Below, piece after piece: positions 11,231-22,800 of a stretch of 33,798 bases of DNA. Below the pieces are notes generated by a model. It ran no database searches and had not been told where the DNA came from. It saw nothing but the letters and a program-made list of their open reading frames with translations. This DNA comes from Octopus bimaculoides (taxonomy: Eukaryota). The position numbers and the translations under genes are program-made. The DNA lies in assembly GCF_001194135.2 (NCBI RefSeq), contig NC_068983.1:63658187-63691984 (forward strand), written 5' to 3'. The stretch's first letter is position 1. The number at the start of each line of letters is the position of its first letter.

Positions 11231-11565
11231 TTGAACAAGATAAGATATATGAATGACGTATGTCGTAAAGACATGTCATACGTAGTTAAAATATCAATTG
11301 GATATTTGTTTTAATCCCACTCAAGCATCCATGCTAACTTGAATATCTCAAAAGCATTCCACCTATGACCACACAATCAAGCTTAGTATATGCAGGATTA
11401 CATTATTCGAACAGTTATTCCTTTTTTAATTATTATTTTGTAGACTAGTGAGGTGTGATTTTTATTTCTAGCAAGTAGAGCAATGATGTTGAGGACTAAT
11501 TGTTGAGTCAGTACTCATAGTCTCAGATGTTGTTTGAGTCGGACCATCTTTGAACATACAAACTT

Positions 11566-11610
11566 ATGATCAAAATAGTTCCCTTCATGATCATTCTGTC
11601 TTTTTCGCAG
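11566..11610 (+). CDS. Candidate first coding exon encoding a signal-peptide N-terminus
   Basis: ATG at 11566, 15 codons MIKIVPFMIILSFSQ (basic N-region, hydrophobic core), donor CAG|GTAAAG, phase 0. Confidence 0.35.
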
Positions 11611-12135
11611 GTAAAGTGTACCCTGAACTACGCATTTTAACGTGTACGCTACGCAGGAAGTTTTAGCTGCTGTTTCTAGCTGTTCGAAATACGCTTATTA
11701 TAAAACGAGAAAATTGAACATAACCTCCTCCAAACAAACAAATAAATAGATAAATAGATAAGTAAATAAATCCACCACTAAACCACACACATAAACTTGC
11801 GCTATATTGTATAAAAGTTCCATATATAACATTTTAATAGCAGCTCGAAGCAGCTGAGTTATTTCCAAGTGAAGTTATCCAAATGGAACCAACTTATCCA
11901 TTATGAAAATTAGAAAATGTTCAGTTGCTTTATATCAAGGTCTTTGGGTTATGTCACCATTCCCAGGGTGGCTCAGGAGTCTTTTGCCATTTTACTATAT
12001 ATTTTAAAAATGGAATGCGTAATATGAAAATTGGAAAAGTAAAGTTCTATAAGGAGTTCTAGGATAATCTGTGTTTAAATTTACATCAGATTAGTGAAAT
12101 AATATTGGTTTCAAGATAACCTCTCACATTCGTTC

Positions 12136-12137
<2 letters not shown>

Positions 12138-12204
<67 letters not shown>

Positions 12205-12263
12205 ATCTATATATATATATTTCTCTCTCTCTCTCTCTCTATCTATATATATATATTTCTCTC

Positions 12264-12312
<49 letters not shown>

Positions 12313-12325
12313 TACACACACATGT
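12138..12325. repeat. Compound (TCTG)n/(TC)n/(TA)n/(CA)n microsatellite
   Basis: Seen directly. Confidence 0.98.
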
Positions 12326-12588
12326 TTATGTATGTATATGCTCTACAAACACACGCTTACATATGTATGTATGTGGTTGTCTGTTTATTTCTGTATGTGT
12401 GTATGCATGTTTACCAGAAAATACGTTCTTTTCTTTTTCACTCAAGTAGAAGTATAAATGCACCTGGGGGGCTTTACTTAACTGCCTTCAAAGTTTCATG
12501 ATTCTGAAATGTAGTGTGATATGAAAGGACTGGAGCTATGTCGTATTTACTTCGACTTTGACTAGTGTTTGAAATTTTGTTTTTGAAG

Positions 12589-12777
12589 GTTGTTACGGCT
12601 GAAACTGTTATCAGTTGCGGTGCAAATCGGTTGGTCGAAGCTGTTCACAAAATCAGGGAGTCGTGTGCCAGTATGTATAATAGTTGTACCAAAAGTTAAG
12701 GATATAGATGACCAATATCTGTGTCATGTGACCATTTGGACAACAATTGCGCATTATATCCAATTAATAAGTCATGT
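12589..12777 (+). CDS. Candidate Cys-rich exon or pseudo-exon; 3' end ambiguous (donors after 12670, 12777 or 12806)
   Basis: Acceptor TTTTGTTTTTGAAG|; donors GTATGT, GTAAGA, GTTAGT. Phase 0 gives VVTAETVISCGANRLVEAVHKIRESCA (stop at 12697-12699 if unspliced). The phase-2 frame is open for all 189 nt. Confidence 0.35.
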
Positions 12778-13042
12778 GTAAGAACAACAATTGCATCAGA
12801 TGTCAAGTTAGTGTTAATCGAATTAATATGCATTCTGACAGTATTAACATAACGTTGTCAGAATATCTACAAATGCAGAAAAAAACTTACTTATTTATAC
12901 ACTTGTTCGTCTATGTAGTTCTGTGTGAAAATGAGAATTACAAAACTCTGATATTCGTGTTCTATATGTTGTTGTAGCTTATTCAGTTGCGGTTTGTATG
13001 TTGTAATAAACATATATGTATTTATCTGTTTTTGATCTATAG

Positions 13043-13086
13043 CTTTCTCAGAAGACCAGGAATTTTTGGCAATTTGATTCCAGCAC
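13043..13086 (+). other. Candidate small exon (44 nt)
   Basis: Acceptor TTTATCTGTTTTTGATCTATAG|, perfect donor |GTAAGT. Confidence 0.3.
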
Positions 13087-13399
13087 GTAAGTTTAAATGT
13101 TCATTTTCCTGAGTCTGTCTGGTATTAGGATTTCAGATTTGCTGCCTAAGAATATCAATTCTGTTTCTCAAGTAGACAAACCAACACCGGTTGTCAAGTG
13201 GTGGAAGACAAACAAGAACACCAACACGCGCACGCGCGTGACATAATCACGCTTGCGCCATAATATAAACACTTAGATAGATCCATTTTCTGATTTTGAT
13301 CTTTTGATTAAATAAATTTTACCAATGCTTGTTGGGGAGAGATCAGTATCTCATACTTGTCCTCAAAATCATTAGCTATTTTCATTATGCAATTCATTT

Positions 13400-13600
13400 C
13401 ATGGTCACAAACTCAGGCAGATACTTACTGGTCGCTTCCCTCTACTGCAGATTTTGTTTCAGTGTCACAATGCCTGCTTCACTTCACACGAATACAAAAG
13501 TACAGATTTATTACCACGAACACCATTCTTGTGTTGGAAGTATAGCCCTTCTATATCTCTACTGATGTTGATGTCACCTGTAACACTGAACAGGCTGCGA
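13400..13600 (-). mobile_element. Old RTE-clade LINE RT C-terminal fragment
   Basis: Minus strand reads GDINISRDIE...NKSVLLYSCE...VSICLSL*P (cf. DI..RI...SVLLYGCETW...CLR.IL.I.WP), with stops. Confidence 0.45.
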
Positions 13601-13610
13601 GTTCAAACAA

Positions 13611-13623
13611 GTATGTATGTATG

Positions 13624-13652
<29 letters not shown>
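13611..13652. repeat. (TATG)n microsatellite at the 5' flank of the RTE insertion
   Basis: Seen directly. Confidence 0.98.
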
Positions 13653-13654
<2 letters not shown>

Positions 13655-13674
13655 CTTTTTTGTTTGCCTTGCGA

Positions 13675-14255
13675 TGCCATGCTGGGACCAGACACTAGAC
13701 TGAAGAGAACGGTGCACAAGCACCGGTTACGTTGGACTGGATACCTTATTAGAATGAAGGATAGCAGGATTCCTAAGCAGATGCTCTATGGAGAACTTGT
13801 GAATGGAAGGAGACTCCTGCAGAAACCAAGGCTGCGATTTAAGGTCTGTGTCGGGTCCTCATTAAAGGCCTGTGATATGCAGGACACTGACTGTAAGAAC
13901 AATGCCTGTCATCGGCACAGATGGAGGAAGCAGGTTAAGGAAGGGATCGACACTTTTGAGAGAGCACGTAACCAGCATGAAGAACTTAAGCGAGCTGCGC
14001 GAAAGTGCACGGCTTGCGTAGTGNNNNNNNNNNCCAGCATGAAGAACTTAAGCGAGCTGCGCGAAAGTGCACGGCTTGCGTAGTGAATGGGGAAAGCTTG
14101 GTCTGCAATGTTTGCAGTCGTGTATGCCTGTCAAGAGCAGAGCTCATTAGCCACCAATGGAGCCGAAAATGCAAAATATTAGTTAGTCCTAGAGCGCGCA
14201 ATGTTCTTGAAGGTCGGCAATGGTCTTCCTCGGTCACGGGTGGACGGCCATCATC
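13675..14255 (+). mobile_element. 5'-truncated RTE/BovB-type LINE 3' end
   Basis: LRWTGYLIRMKDSRIPKQMLYGELVNGRR..KPRLRFK (typical RTE C-terminus), then zinc-knuckle-like CNVCSRVCLSRAELISH, a short 3' UTR and a (TATG)n tail. Confidence 0.93.
13972..14085. other. Assembly artefact: identical 52-bp duplication around a 10-N gap
   Basis: 13972-14023 equals 14034-14085; N at 14024-14033. Confidence 0.9.
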
Positions 14256-14380
14256 TATGTATGTATGTATGTGTGTGTGTATGTATGTATGTATGTACGT
14301 ATGTATGTATCTATGTTTGTATGTGTGTATGTGTTGCCGTACGTGAGTGTGTGTGTATGTGTGTGTGAGTGTGTGTGTTT
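14256..14380. repeat. (TATG)n/(TG)n tail
   Basis: Seen directly. Confidence 0.95.
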
Positions 14381-14539
14381 GGAGAAAGGCACTCTCCCTT
14401 GTGGGGTACTGAAGCTTCCAATTCCCCCAAAATATATCTTTATTCTACTATTGTAACGTATCTAAGTGGTTGTAGTATACAGTAAATCAAATTACATGTC
14501 TAGCTTTCACTCTTTGTATTCAATCGTCAATACAAAACA

Positions 14540-14561
14540 TACATACATATATACATACATT

Positions 14562-14624
<63 letters not shown>

Positions 14625-15093
14625 GTTCATATGAATACAGCATGTGTTCATACGTACGTGAGTGCGCACGTTTGTGAGCATGTGAAAATATGTGTGGGAA
14701 TGTCCGTGTGTTTGTGAGTGTATAAGTGTGTGTGTATGTGTGTGTGTGTATGTGTGTGTGTGATGGCGAATGTTTTGTGATATGCGTGTATGATTCTGTG
14801 ACTGTCTATGTACAGGCGCACGCGTGTGTAACAAAATTGTAAAAACCAATATTGCTTCATGATGCTGAAATAACTTTAACTCATTTTATTGAAATTTACT
14901 TTTCTAATTTTCATATCACTCATTTGATTATACGTACACACACACACACACACATACACACACACCCATACACAAACACACACACAGACATGCAGACAGG
15001 CACATCCATATCTACATACATATATACGTACATACATACATACATACATACATACATACATACATTCATACATACATACATATATACATAAAA

Positions 15094-15180
<87 letters not shown>
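14540..15180. repeat. Microsatellite field (TA, TG, CA, CATA, GA)
   Basis: Seen directly. Confidence 0.95.
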
Positions 15181-15181
<1 letters not shown>

Positions 15182-15364
15182 GCACTTGCAACGACATATT
15201 GAAGTTGCATTATGTTGACTAATGTGTTATGGTTCTAAGCTACTTGTGGAACATTCCACTTGTTCGTGTTAATGTTAGGCGCGCTGAAGCGAATTGTGTT
15301 ATTTTGGCGTATAGGTGAAGAACAATGCACACATTTAAAAGCAATTTATCCTGTTGCAGCAAAA

Positions 15365-15405
15365 TGCTGCTGTTACTACTACTACTACTACAACTACAAC
15401 TACTA

Positions 15406-15452
<47 letters not shown>
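15365..15452. repeat. Compound (TAC)n/(TGC)n trinucleotide repeat
   Basis: Seen directly. Confidence 0.95.
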
Positions 15453-16739
15453 CATTCTGCAACTACTGAGTCAGTATTAAATTAAAATAGCTATCTACAT
15501 TTATATTCTTTGTGAGAAGTAAATTCCAAGGGTTTTCTTCCGAGATAAAATTTTGTAGGGACGTATTGTTTAAAAACACAATGTGTATCGTGGGGTGGGG
15601 AGTAGACGAAAAGTCCTCCTGACAGCGGCTATCGAAGGCGATAAATCTCTTCTAAGCATGTGGCTGACTGCGAGTTCACGTTATTGATAATGCCTACGAA
15701 GATCGAAATGCATCAAGCGTTTTGCTATCTGCAGTTGGATTAATTTGTTTTCAGTGCAACATATCCATGTGAGATTCAATGTACAGTAGCTTATCTGTCA
15801 GCAGAGTATATACATTGATGATGATACATATATGTTTATTTTAATTCAATACTACTTCAATTGGATAGACTGGATTAATGAATGAGTATTTTGACAAGAT
15901 GTTTAATTATAACGAAGGTGAGCAAGTTGAAATTTTGAGAAGAAACTAATGGTTTAAATGAAGTTATATGTATCTAATGACAATCAAAATTTTCTTTGAG
16001 AGCAGTAAGTAAGAACAAACTGGTTTATTTTTCTTAAGTGCATGATACATATCCAATAATCAGATCTAAAAAAATTTAAATTTAATTGAATCGACCAAAG
16101 ATGGGGAAATATAAAATGTACTATCCAGTTTCTTTTATTTCTAATTATGTTGGGATTTACTCTTATAACTCGGTGGTAGAAAGCTAAATAGTACTTCTTT
16201 ATGATTACTGTCATTTCAAAGTCTTTCACTTTTGCTATTATTTGCTATTCGCAATTTGTCGAAAGTACTTGTAGCCATAAATAGCGAAACCAATTTTGTA
16301 TAGTGTTTTTTTCCCCCCGTGATTCTGTCCATAAACACGACTAACAATATACGCCTTAGAAATCTAAGTCAAAGTGCAGTAGAGGTGAGATAATTATTTT
16401 AGTTGAGAAATATATTTTAGTTGAAACACGGAAAGTTATATTTACGTGAAACTAAAAATTCAATGGTTTAACGAGAACAGTAAATGTTTCGGCTTTGCAC
16501 TGAATTTCCGGTAAAAGTCCATAAAGAAACTATGAAAATGAATTTAATTGAAACTACTATGAACATAATCTAAAGTTATTCTATGTGGCAAAGAAATAAA
16601 CTATACTATGGCAGGAGAGTGATTCCAGTATACGTTACCAAACAATGCCCTGTAAATTATTCATACAATTATGACAGAAAATTTCTTTTGCTTTTGCAGT
16701 CATATTAAAATTTCTTCATAAAAATGGGTGTACATATAC

Positions 16740-16957
16740 TTGGAAGCTTCATATACATACATACATACATACATACATACAAACATACATACATATATTC
16801 ACACATGTATATACTCACATATATATATGCACGCATATATATATATATATATACATATATATACATATGTATATATGCGTATATGTATATATGCATACAT
16901 ATATATGCATACATACATATATACATATATACATATATACACACATATATGTGTATG

Positions 16958-17030
<73 letters not shown>

Positions 17031-17445
17031 GCATCTATTTATGCATATTTGTATGTATACATACGTATGCATGTACATATATATATGCATACATATGTAT
17101 TTATGTATTATGTATGTACGCATGAATGTATGTATGTATGTATGTATGTATGTATGTATGAATGTATGTATGTATGTATTTATGTATGTGTGTGTGTGTG
17201 TATTTGTATGTATGCAGATACATAAATATATACCTGTGTGTATATATGTGCATCTGTACATGATCTCTTTCTCTTTCTTGTTCTCTCTCCTTTGTTTCTC
17301 TGTGCGTGTGTGTGTCTCTGTCTCTTTGTCTCTCTCTGACTCTGTCTCTATTCATGTATAAACAAATAGAGTGCGTGAGAAAGAGAAAGAGAAGGAAAAA
17401 GCGACAGAAGGGGGAAGAAAGAGAGAGAGACAGAGAGAGAAATGG
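16740..17445. repeat. Microsatellite field (CATA, TA, TATG, TC, GA)
   Basis: Seen directly. Confidence 0.95.
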
Positions 17446-18816
17446 AAAGGTAGCATGTAGTGCACTCTATTTACTATATTGATTGAAGAAAAATGGTTTA
17501 CAAAATTTTATGTTGCCAAGAAACTACCAGAATTAGATATATTGTGAATTTATATGATTTGTATATGCATAGCCACAGTGCGAGAAAGAGAGAGAATGAG
17601 AGTGTATGTCTACCCGCTATACCTACATATAGAGTTGCATGTTGTCATGTAACGGAATCAAAGAAATAGATATAGAATTGCAATTATATTATTGTATATA
17701 TTTTTGTTAAAGTCAACTACGTTTACATTAAGGTTTCTTGCTGAATAGGTACTTTCGAGACGGCATATCGATAAAGAATGTTTTTTGAATGCCAATGGAA
17801 TTAATATTAGGGTTCAATGCCATAAGGCAGAGTCACACAAACAGTTGACTGATTCTAATATTTACATCTGCAATATCAATCAGGTTTTCTTTAGTTGTTG
17901 TACTTTGCCTGATAGAAATTGTTCTCTTAGTAGCATTTTAGTATTACCACCATCGTTCTGTTTAAGTATATATTTGTTTTATTATTATACAGTGTGTCTC
18001 AGCTTGTATGTTCTATATATGTGCCGTGCCCTAAGTATAATGAATTATTAACTGATAGCGGAATCATTCAATGTGTCAAACGTATTTAGATATTTCTTTT
18101 CCTCAACTAAATAAAGACAGACTACTCAACAAATCACAAGTGTCAAGAATTGTTTGAAAAAAACTACTCGAGACTAGTTACAAGAGAGTAGAATATCATT
18201 ATGTAAAGTTCGGAGTTCTTTCTGACTGGCATCTAAGTACCTGAGCGTAGCTGTAGAATACAGAAACATGTTGCTTATATAACGAGTACCAAACAGAAAC
18301 AAATACCTTCGACTAGAAGGTATCAAGAGATGCTTAAGACGAAAACAAAATATGTCTTATATTGGAATAATTAAAGATAGCTTAAGATGCCATTTGCCTT
18401 ACCCTAAATTCAACGTGATAAATTACGAAGTGAGGAATACTACAGTCTTTTATAGTAATTTCGGTTTGCCTCAAGTTCTTTAATTGAAGATTAAGGATGA
18501 ACTATATTGGATTAGGCATAATTTCTTGTTTTTTTTTCCTCCTTGAACAACCTTCAAAGGACAAAAAACAAGAAGCTCTGACTGAGTCCTCAAATAGTAA
18601 ATATTATAAAAAATATACATAGATGCATACATACGCTTTTATACATAAATACGTACATATCACATTAGTAAAAATACTGTTCTACTTCTTCCGTTATTTA
18701 TCACGTCAACCATTAGCGAAACATGAACAACTATAAATATTAGCAAATGAAACGTGCCCACTTTTTTAATTGATACTTTTGTTGACATAGATATGTATCG
18801 TCAATTTTCCATACAG

Positions 18817-18835
18817 GAACTTATTCTGAATTATT
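18817..18835 (+). other. Candidate 19-nt micro-exon
   Basis: TTTTCCATACAG|GAACTTATTCTGAATTATT|GTAAGT. Confidence 0.2.
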
Positions 18836-19998
18836 GTAAGTCTGCGCTGCATCAACAACCATTGCTTCCACTGAACTATAGAAAAAAACAAATTGTGGAT
18901 GTTTATCACAGCTCTCTCCAGGGAGGTGGGTACTCATCACTTATTCAAATGTTTCGTTTAGAAAATTTGCTCACTGAAGGAAGATTCAATGGAAGGGAAA
19001 ATGTCATTTTGTAGAAATTCCTGTATATTTTGGAACGTAAACATTCTCAATTTCACCATCCATCCCCACGCTATTTATCATCTCATGCATTAGACTATAC
19101 ACTTGCTTTTGAATGTATATCATCTATTAATTAAAGTTCTTGTGCATTACATCTGCTTTGATAGATAAATTTAAGTGACTATTAAAAGAAATTCCTTCAA
19201 TTTTAATTTAAACAGTTTTTTTTCCTATATACTAGTATACTAGAAAAGAACTTATACACAGATGTCAATGATTTTACCATACAACGCAGTAAAACTAGCT
19301 CTTTTGCAAGTAGAAAATAAAAAAAATTATATGATTTGAACCTGCACTCGACATCTCGCCTAATTTCTTTTCAAAATGATTTCTGTCGAAGTCCCAAAAC
19401 TAATTACTACCGCACTCTAGGAAGCTGGATCCATTTTTATGATCTTCATTGTCGATATTTCCTATTTTCAGTTTTCCAAATACATCTTCAGTGACATATT
19501 TTGGTCTAGAGCTCCTTCTTGCGGAACATTTTGGTTTCGAGATCACTCATGTGAATCAAATATTTCTGGTGTGAAGCAGAGTAATTTTGAATTCCCTGTG
19601 GTTGAATAGAAAGAGATCGATATTCTTGATGCCTCTGCAAACGCTAAATTTTGATCCAACTCCTGAGTAAAAAATATCAATTTGGCAATGTTACTGTAAG
19701 AACTTTTCTAATTAATTATTAAACTCAGCATTTTAATTTTTATTTGTTTGTTTTTATTTGTTTGGTTTTATTTTAATTTGTTTGTTTTTCGTTTTTGTTT
19801 CTATATAAGGCAGGGGAAAAGTACCACCCATACACACGTACCACAAGTAACACGTTCTTAATTGTATTAGAAAGATGGGTGGATCTGTCTCAGAAGTTTT
19901 ATTTATAGATGTGACAAATTTCACTTAAATTTCTATTATTTATGTTTATGTATTTTCGACAATCATTTTAAATAGCGTTTGAAATATCTGTCTTTAGC

Positions 19999-20041
19999 NN
20001 NNNNNNNNNNNNNNNNNNNNNNNNNNNNNNNNNNNNNNNNN
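19999..20041. other. Assembly gap (43 N)
   Basis: Seen directly. Confidence 1.
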
Positions 20042-20404
20042 ATATGTATATATGTATATATATATATATATTTCCCCAGTAATGGATTACTTCTTATAAT
20101 TTTTGACAAGATAATATATTATTTTTGACAAGATCGTAAAAAAGATCTTTTAATATTTAAATATACTTACATGGTTCATTGACGGTTTTGTTTTCTGAGA
20201 TGTTTTCCCTTTTGCTTCGGAATGAATATTTCATCAATATAGATGATTCCTCATACGCTACAATACGTGTCATCGATGTAGATTTACTTTTATTTTTCTT
20301 TACATTTTACAGAAATTATTGAGTTTTGAAGAGAAGTTATAGTTCCATTGTCACTCCGGTTTACTGCTGTCAGTTTGATATTTTGTTCTGCTGTTGGGAT
20401 GCGA

Positions 20405-20657
20405 AGGCGCACGTCTCTGTGGTTAGAGCGTCGGGCTCATAATCATGAGGCAGTGAGTTTGATTCTCGGATCGGGCTATGTATTGTGTTCTTGAGCAAGA
20501 CACTTTATTTTACGTTGCTCCAGTTCACTCAGCTGTAGAAATGAGTTGCGAGGTCACTGGTGCCAAGCTGTATCGACCTTTGCCGTTCCCTTGGACAACA
20601 TCAGTGGTGTAGAGAGGGGAGACTGGTATGCATGGGTGACTGCTGGTCTTCCGTAAG
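20405..20657 (+). mobile_element. SINE family B, near full-length, tRNA-derived head
   Basis: A-box-like GTGGTTAGAGCG (about 20419), B-box-like GAGTTTGATTCTC (about 20455), then CTTGAGCAAGACACTTTA..GTTGCTCCAGTTCAC core shared with 11110-11230. Confidence 0.85.
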
Positions 20658-21758
20658 TATACTCCTAAATCGACAACTGGAGGAGTTGGAGCCGACGTGT
20701 AGAGCAATATTTTCTCGTTCAAGTGACGTAAGTCTTATGTGACCGTTTGCCTGGTTTTCGAAATTGGAGAGAGTGTTAAGAAGCAAGAAGAGTTCGTGCT
20801 GAATTATGGAACTTATCACGGAGGTAAATATGAATGAATGTGTTAATAAAGCTGAATCTTGGCTAAGTGATACGATATTTAATCCGGAAACGTCTGCATG
20901 TCTCTCATTGTGAGGGTGGAATAGCATCAAGAATCAACATGCAAATTGGAAGGCGGGTCAGTCATTACCCTTGTGAAATTGAGGCTTATTTGAGGACTTT
21001 CTACTTGGAAAAAATTGGTAAAACTGAAACAACGAGAAAAAGATAAGAAAAAAGAAGAGAATCCCTCAACGCCCCTGTTCTCAAAGGAAATAGAGGAAAA
21101 ATTTCTCAGTGAGATAATTCCTAGAATCTGAAGGTCAAGTGCCCTTTCCTAAACATTACTATTTGTATTCCCATCCAAAGGACAATGAAAAAAGAATGTA
21201 AACTATTAAGGGTTGAGGATAGAGAGAGAATAAAGGAAGAAAAAAAACTCACTAAAAGGAAAAGAAATGATACAAGTAGGATGTTCTTTCTGTAGTGTAC
21301 TTCTTTCATAAAATATATGAAGTTCACAATGTTTCGAATATCAAGTGATGGATTTAAACAACATGAGCCGAGTTGCCTAAGGGCACTTTTAGTTCTGACC
21401 ATATTTAGTACCTGTTTATTATATACATGGAAAAGATTGGTGGTCAGTATAATGGAATGCTCTAATGAAATCCGTGTGTTTGCCGTTAATCCTGACGCGG
21501 ATTGTTTTGTCTTATTCATTTGTTGTGATTTTGAATGATCTATTTTCAAATTATGTTACGTCTTAATATATATTCATTTAATTTATTTTGTGTAAATTAA
21601 TGTAAAATATTTAATACACTTTAGTATATAGTAAAATGTCTTCCCTCTTTTATAAAACATTGTATATACCCGCATATTTTTGAAATACAGTTATATTGCG
21701 GTTTTTATTGTATGTGTGAATGACAGCGGATGGTAAAAGAGGAAATGGTTGTTGTTGC

Positions 21759-21760
<2 letters not shown>

Positions 21761-21827
<67 letters not shown>

Positions 21828-21838
21828 CATTATTATTA
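21761..21838. repeat. (TTA)n microsatellite
   Basis: Seen directly. Confidence 0.99.
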
Positions 21839-22099
21839 CAAATTTTTATGTCTTCGGATCGGCTAAAGAAGTCTTTCATGTTTTGTATTCCATAAATCCA
21901 CAATTCACTTTTCAGTAGCTATATGTCTCTTAGTTTTTATTCCACAGTTCTTCAACGCTTTGTGTGAGTTGAGATTAATTTCACTCTCGGATAACTCTTA
22001 TCAGTTTTGATAAGGCATCAATAACTATTTGTTTCTTTTTTGTTTCAGCACAATGCACAATGCCATAGATTTGAAAAGAAAGAAATGATGTTATTGAAA

Positions 22100-22200
22100 T
22101 GCTATCGATCCAGTAGAAATAAAGGCAACTATCAACTCTGCCGGCATTTGAACTGAGAACATAACCGGACGTAAGTAAAAAATCAAAAGCTACAAGTCAT
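22100..22200 (-). mobile_element. SINE family A fragment
   Basis: ATCGATCC..AAAGGCAA...GGCATTTGAACTGAGAAC matches the family A copy at 23929-24102. Confidence 0.65.
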
Positions 22201-22399
22201 TTGGGGAAACTGAGGTCATACGGTATACGAGAAATAGTAACCAAATCTACTATTAATCACAACTTGTTTTTTAAAAAGGAACGACATATTTTATGAAGTA
22301 GTTGTAGATATATTTTGTCTGGGACAAACCAATAGCTACACCGTTAAAAGTTATCTTATGAAGAACATTACTATTTCTGACTTTCACCATGGAGTAACG

Positions 22400-22800
22400 A
22401 CTCAATGGTTAGTTCTTAAATCAATTCATAGTTACAAATGTATATGTTTGTAGGTAGAACAGTCATCTGAATCGATTCTTCTATATTATTTCTTTTTATT
22501 TTCTCACTGATGTTTTTGAAAAATGTTACAGATTTAATATTTGAAGTAGGATCCTTTTCTTTATCTGCTTTGCACTCGTATTTTCTATTAAAATCTAAGT
22601 GTAACTCTTTACTACTCATATTTTGTTTTTTATATTTATGTACCGCCATGCACTACATGACGGACTCTACCCTCTGGTTCCACACGAAGCTATCTGTATG
22701 TTTTCCCAGAATTTATCAAGTTGTTTGTTCTGTTCATTCCCTCTTTAACTTTGTAGTTTTTTCTTTCTCGATGATAGATTTCCAGTACATGATATTTAAT
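22400..22800 (-). mobile_element. Decayed R4/Dong-like non-LTR retrotransposon fragment (pre-RT and RT start)
   Basis: Minus strand: YHRERKNYKVKE / KQLDKFWENIQ (cf. FYRE..K.I.VKE.P...KFW.NIW), then TVLPTNIYICNYELI (cf. T.LLPK....NYRPI). Confidence 0.5.

Noticed and set aside
12616-17961. Insulin-like resemblance: CGANRLVEA..C (12616-12666) to a B chain and CCTLPDRNCSL..C (17896-17961) to an A chain
   Set aside because: Cys spacing is CX15C and CCX6CX12C rather than CX11C and CCX3CX8C; there are no dibasic cleavage sites; I found no phase-compatible splice path between the two.
18303-18323. 8-bp hairpin ATACCTTC/GAAGGTAT as a Helitron end or terminator
   Set aside because: No CTRR end or U-tract; short hairpins are expected by chance in AT-rich DNA.
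19390-19560. Minus-strand RRSSRPK phrase resembling the Tc1/mariner RSGRP motif
   Set aside because: No further motifs could be placed.
20680-21120. Near-open + frame after the SINE, possibly an L1/Tx1 remnant
   Set aside because: No diagnostic motif recognised.
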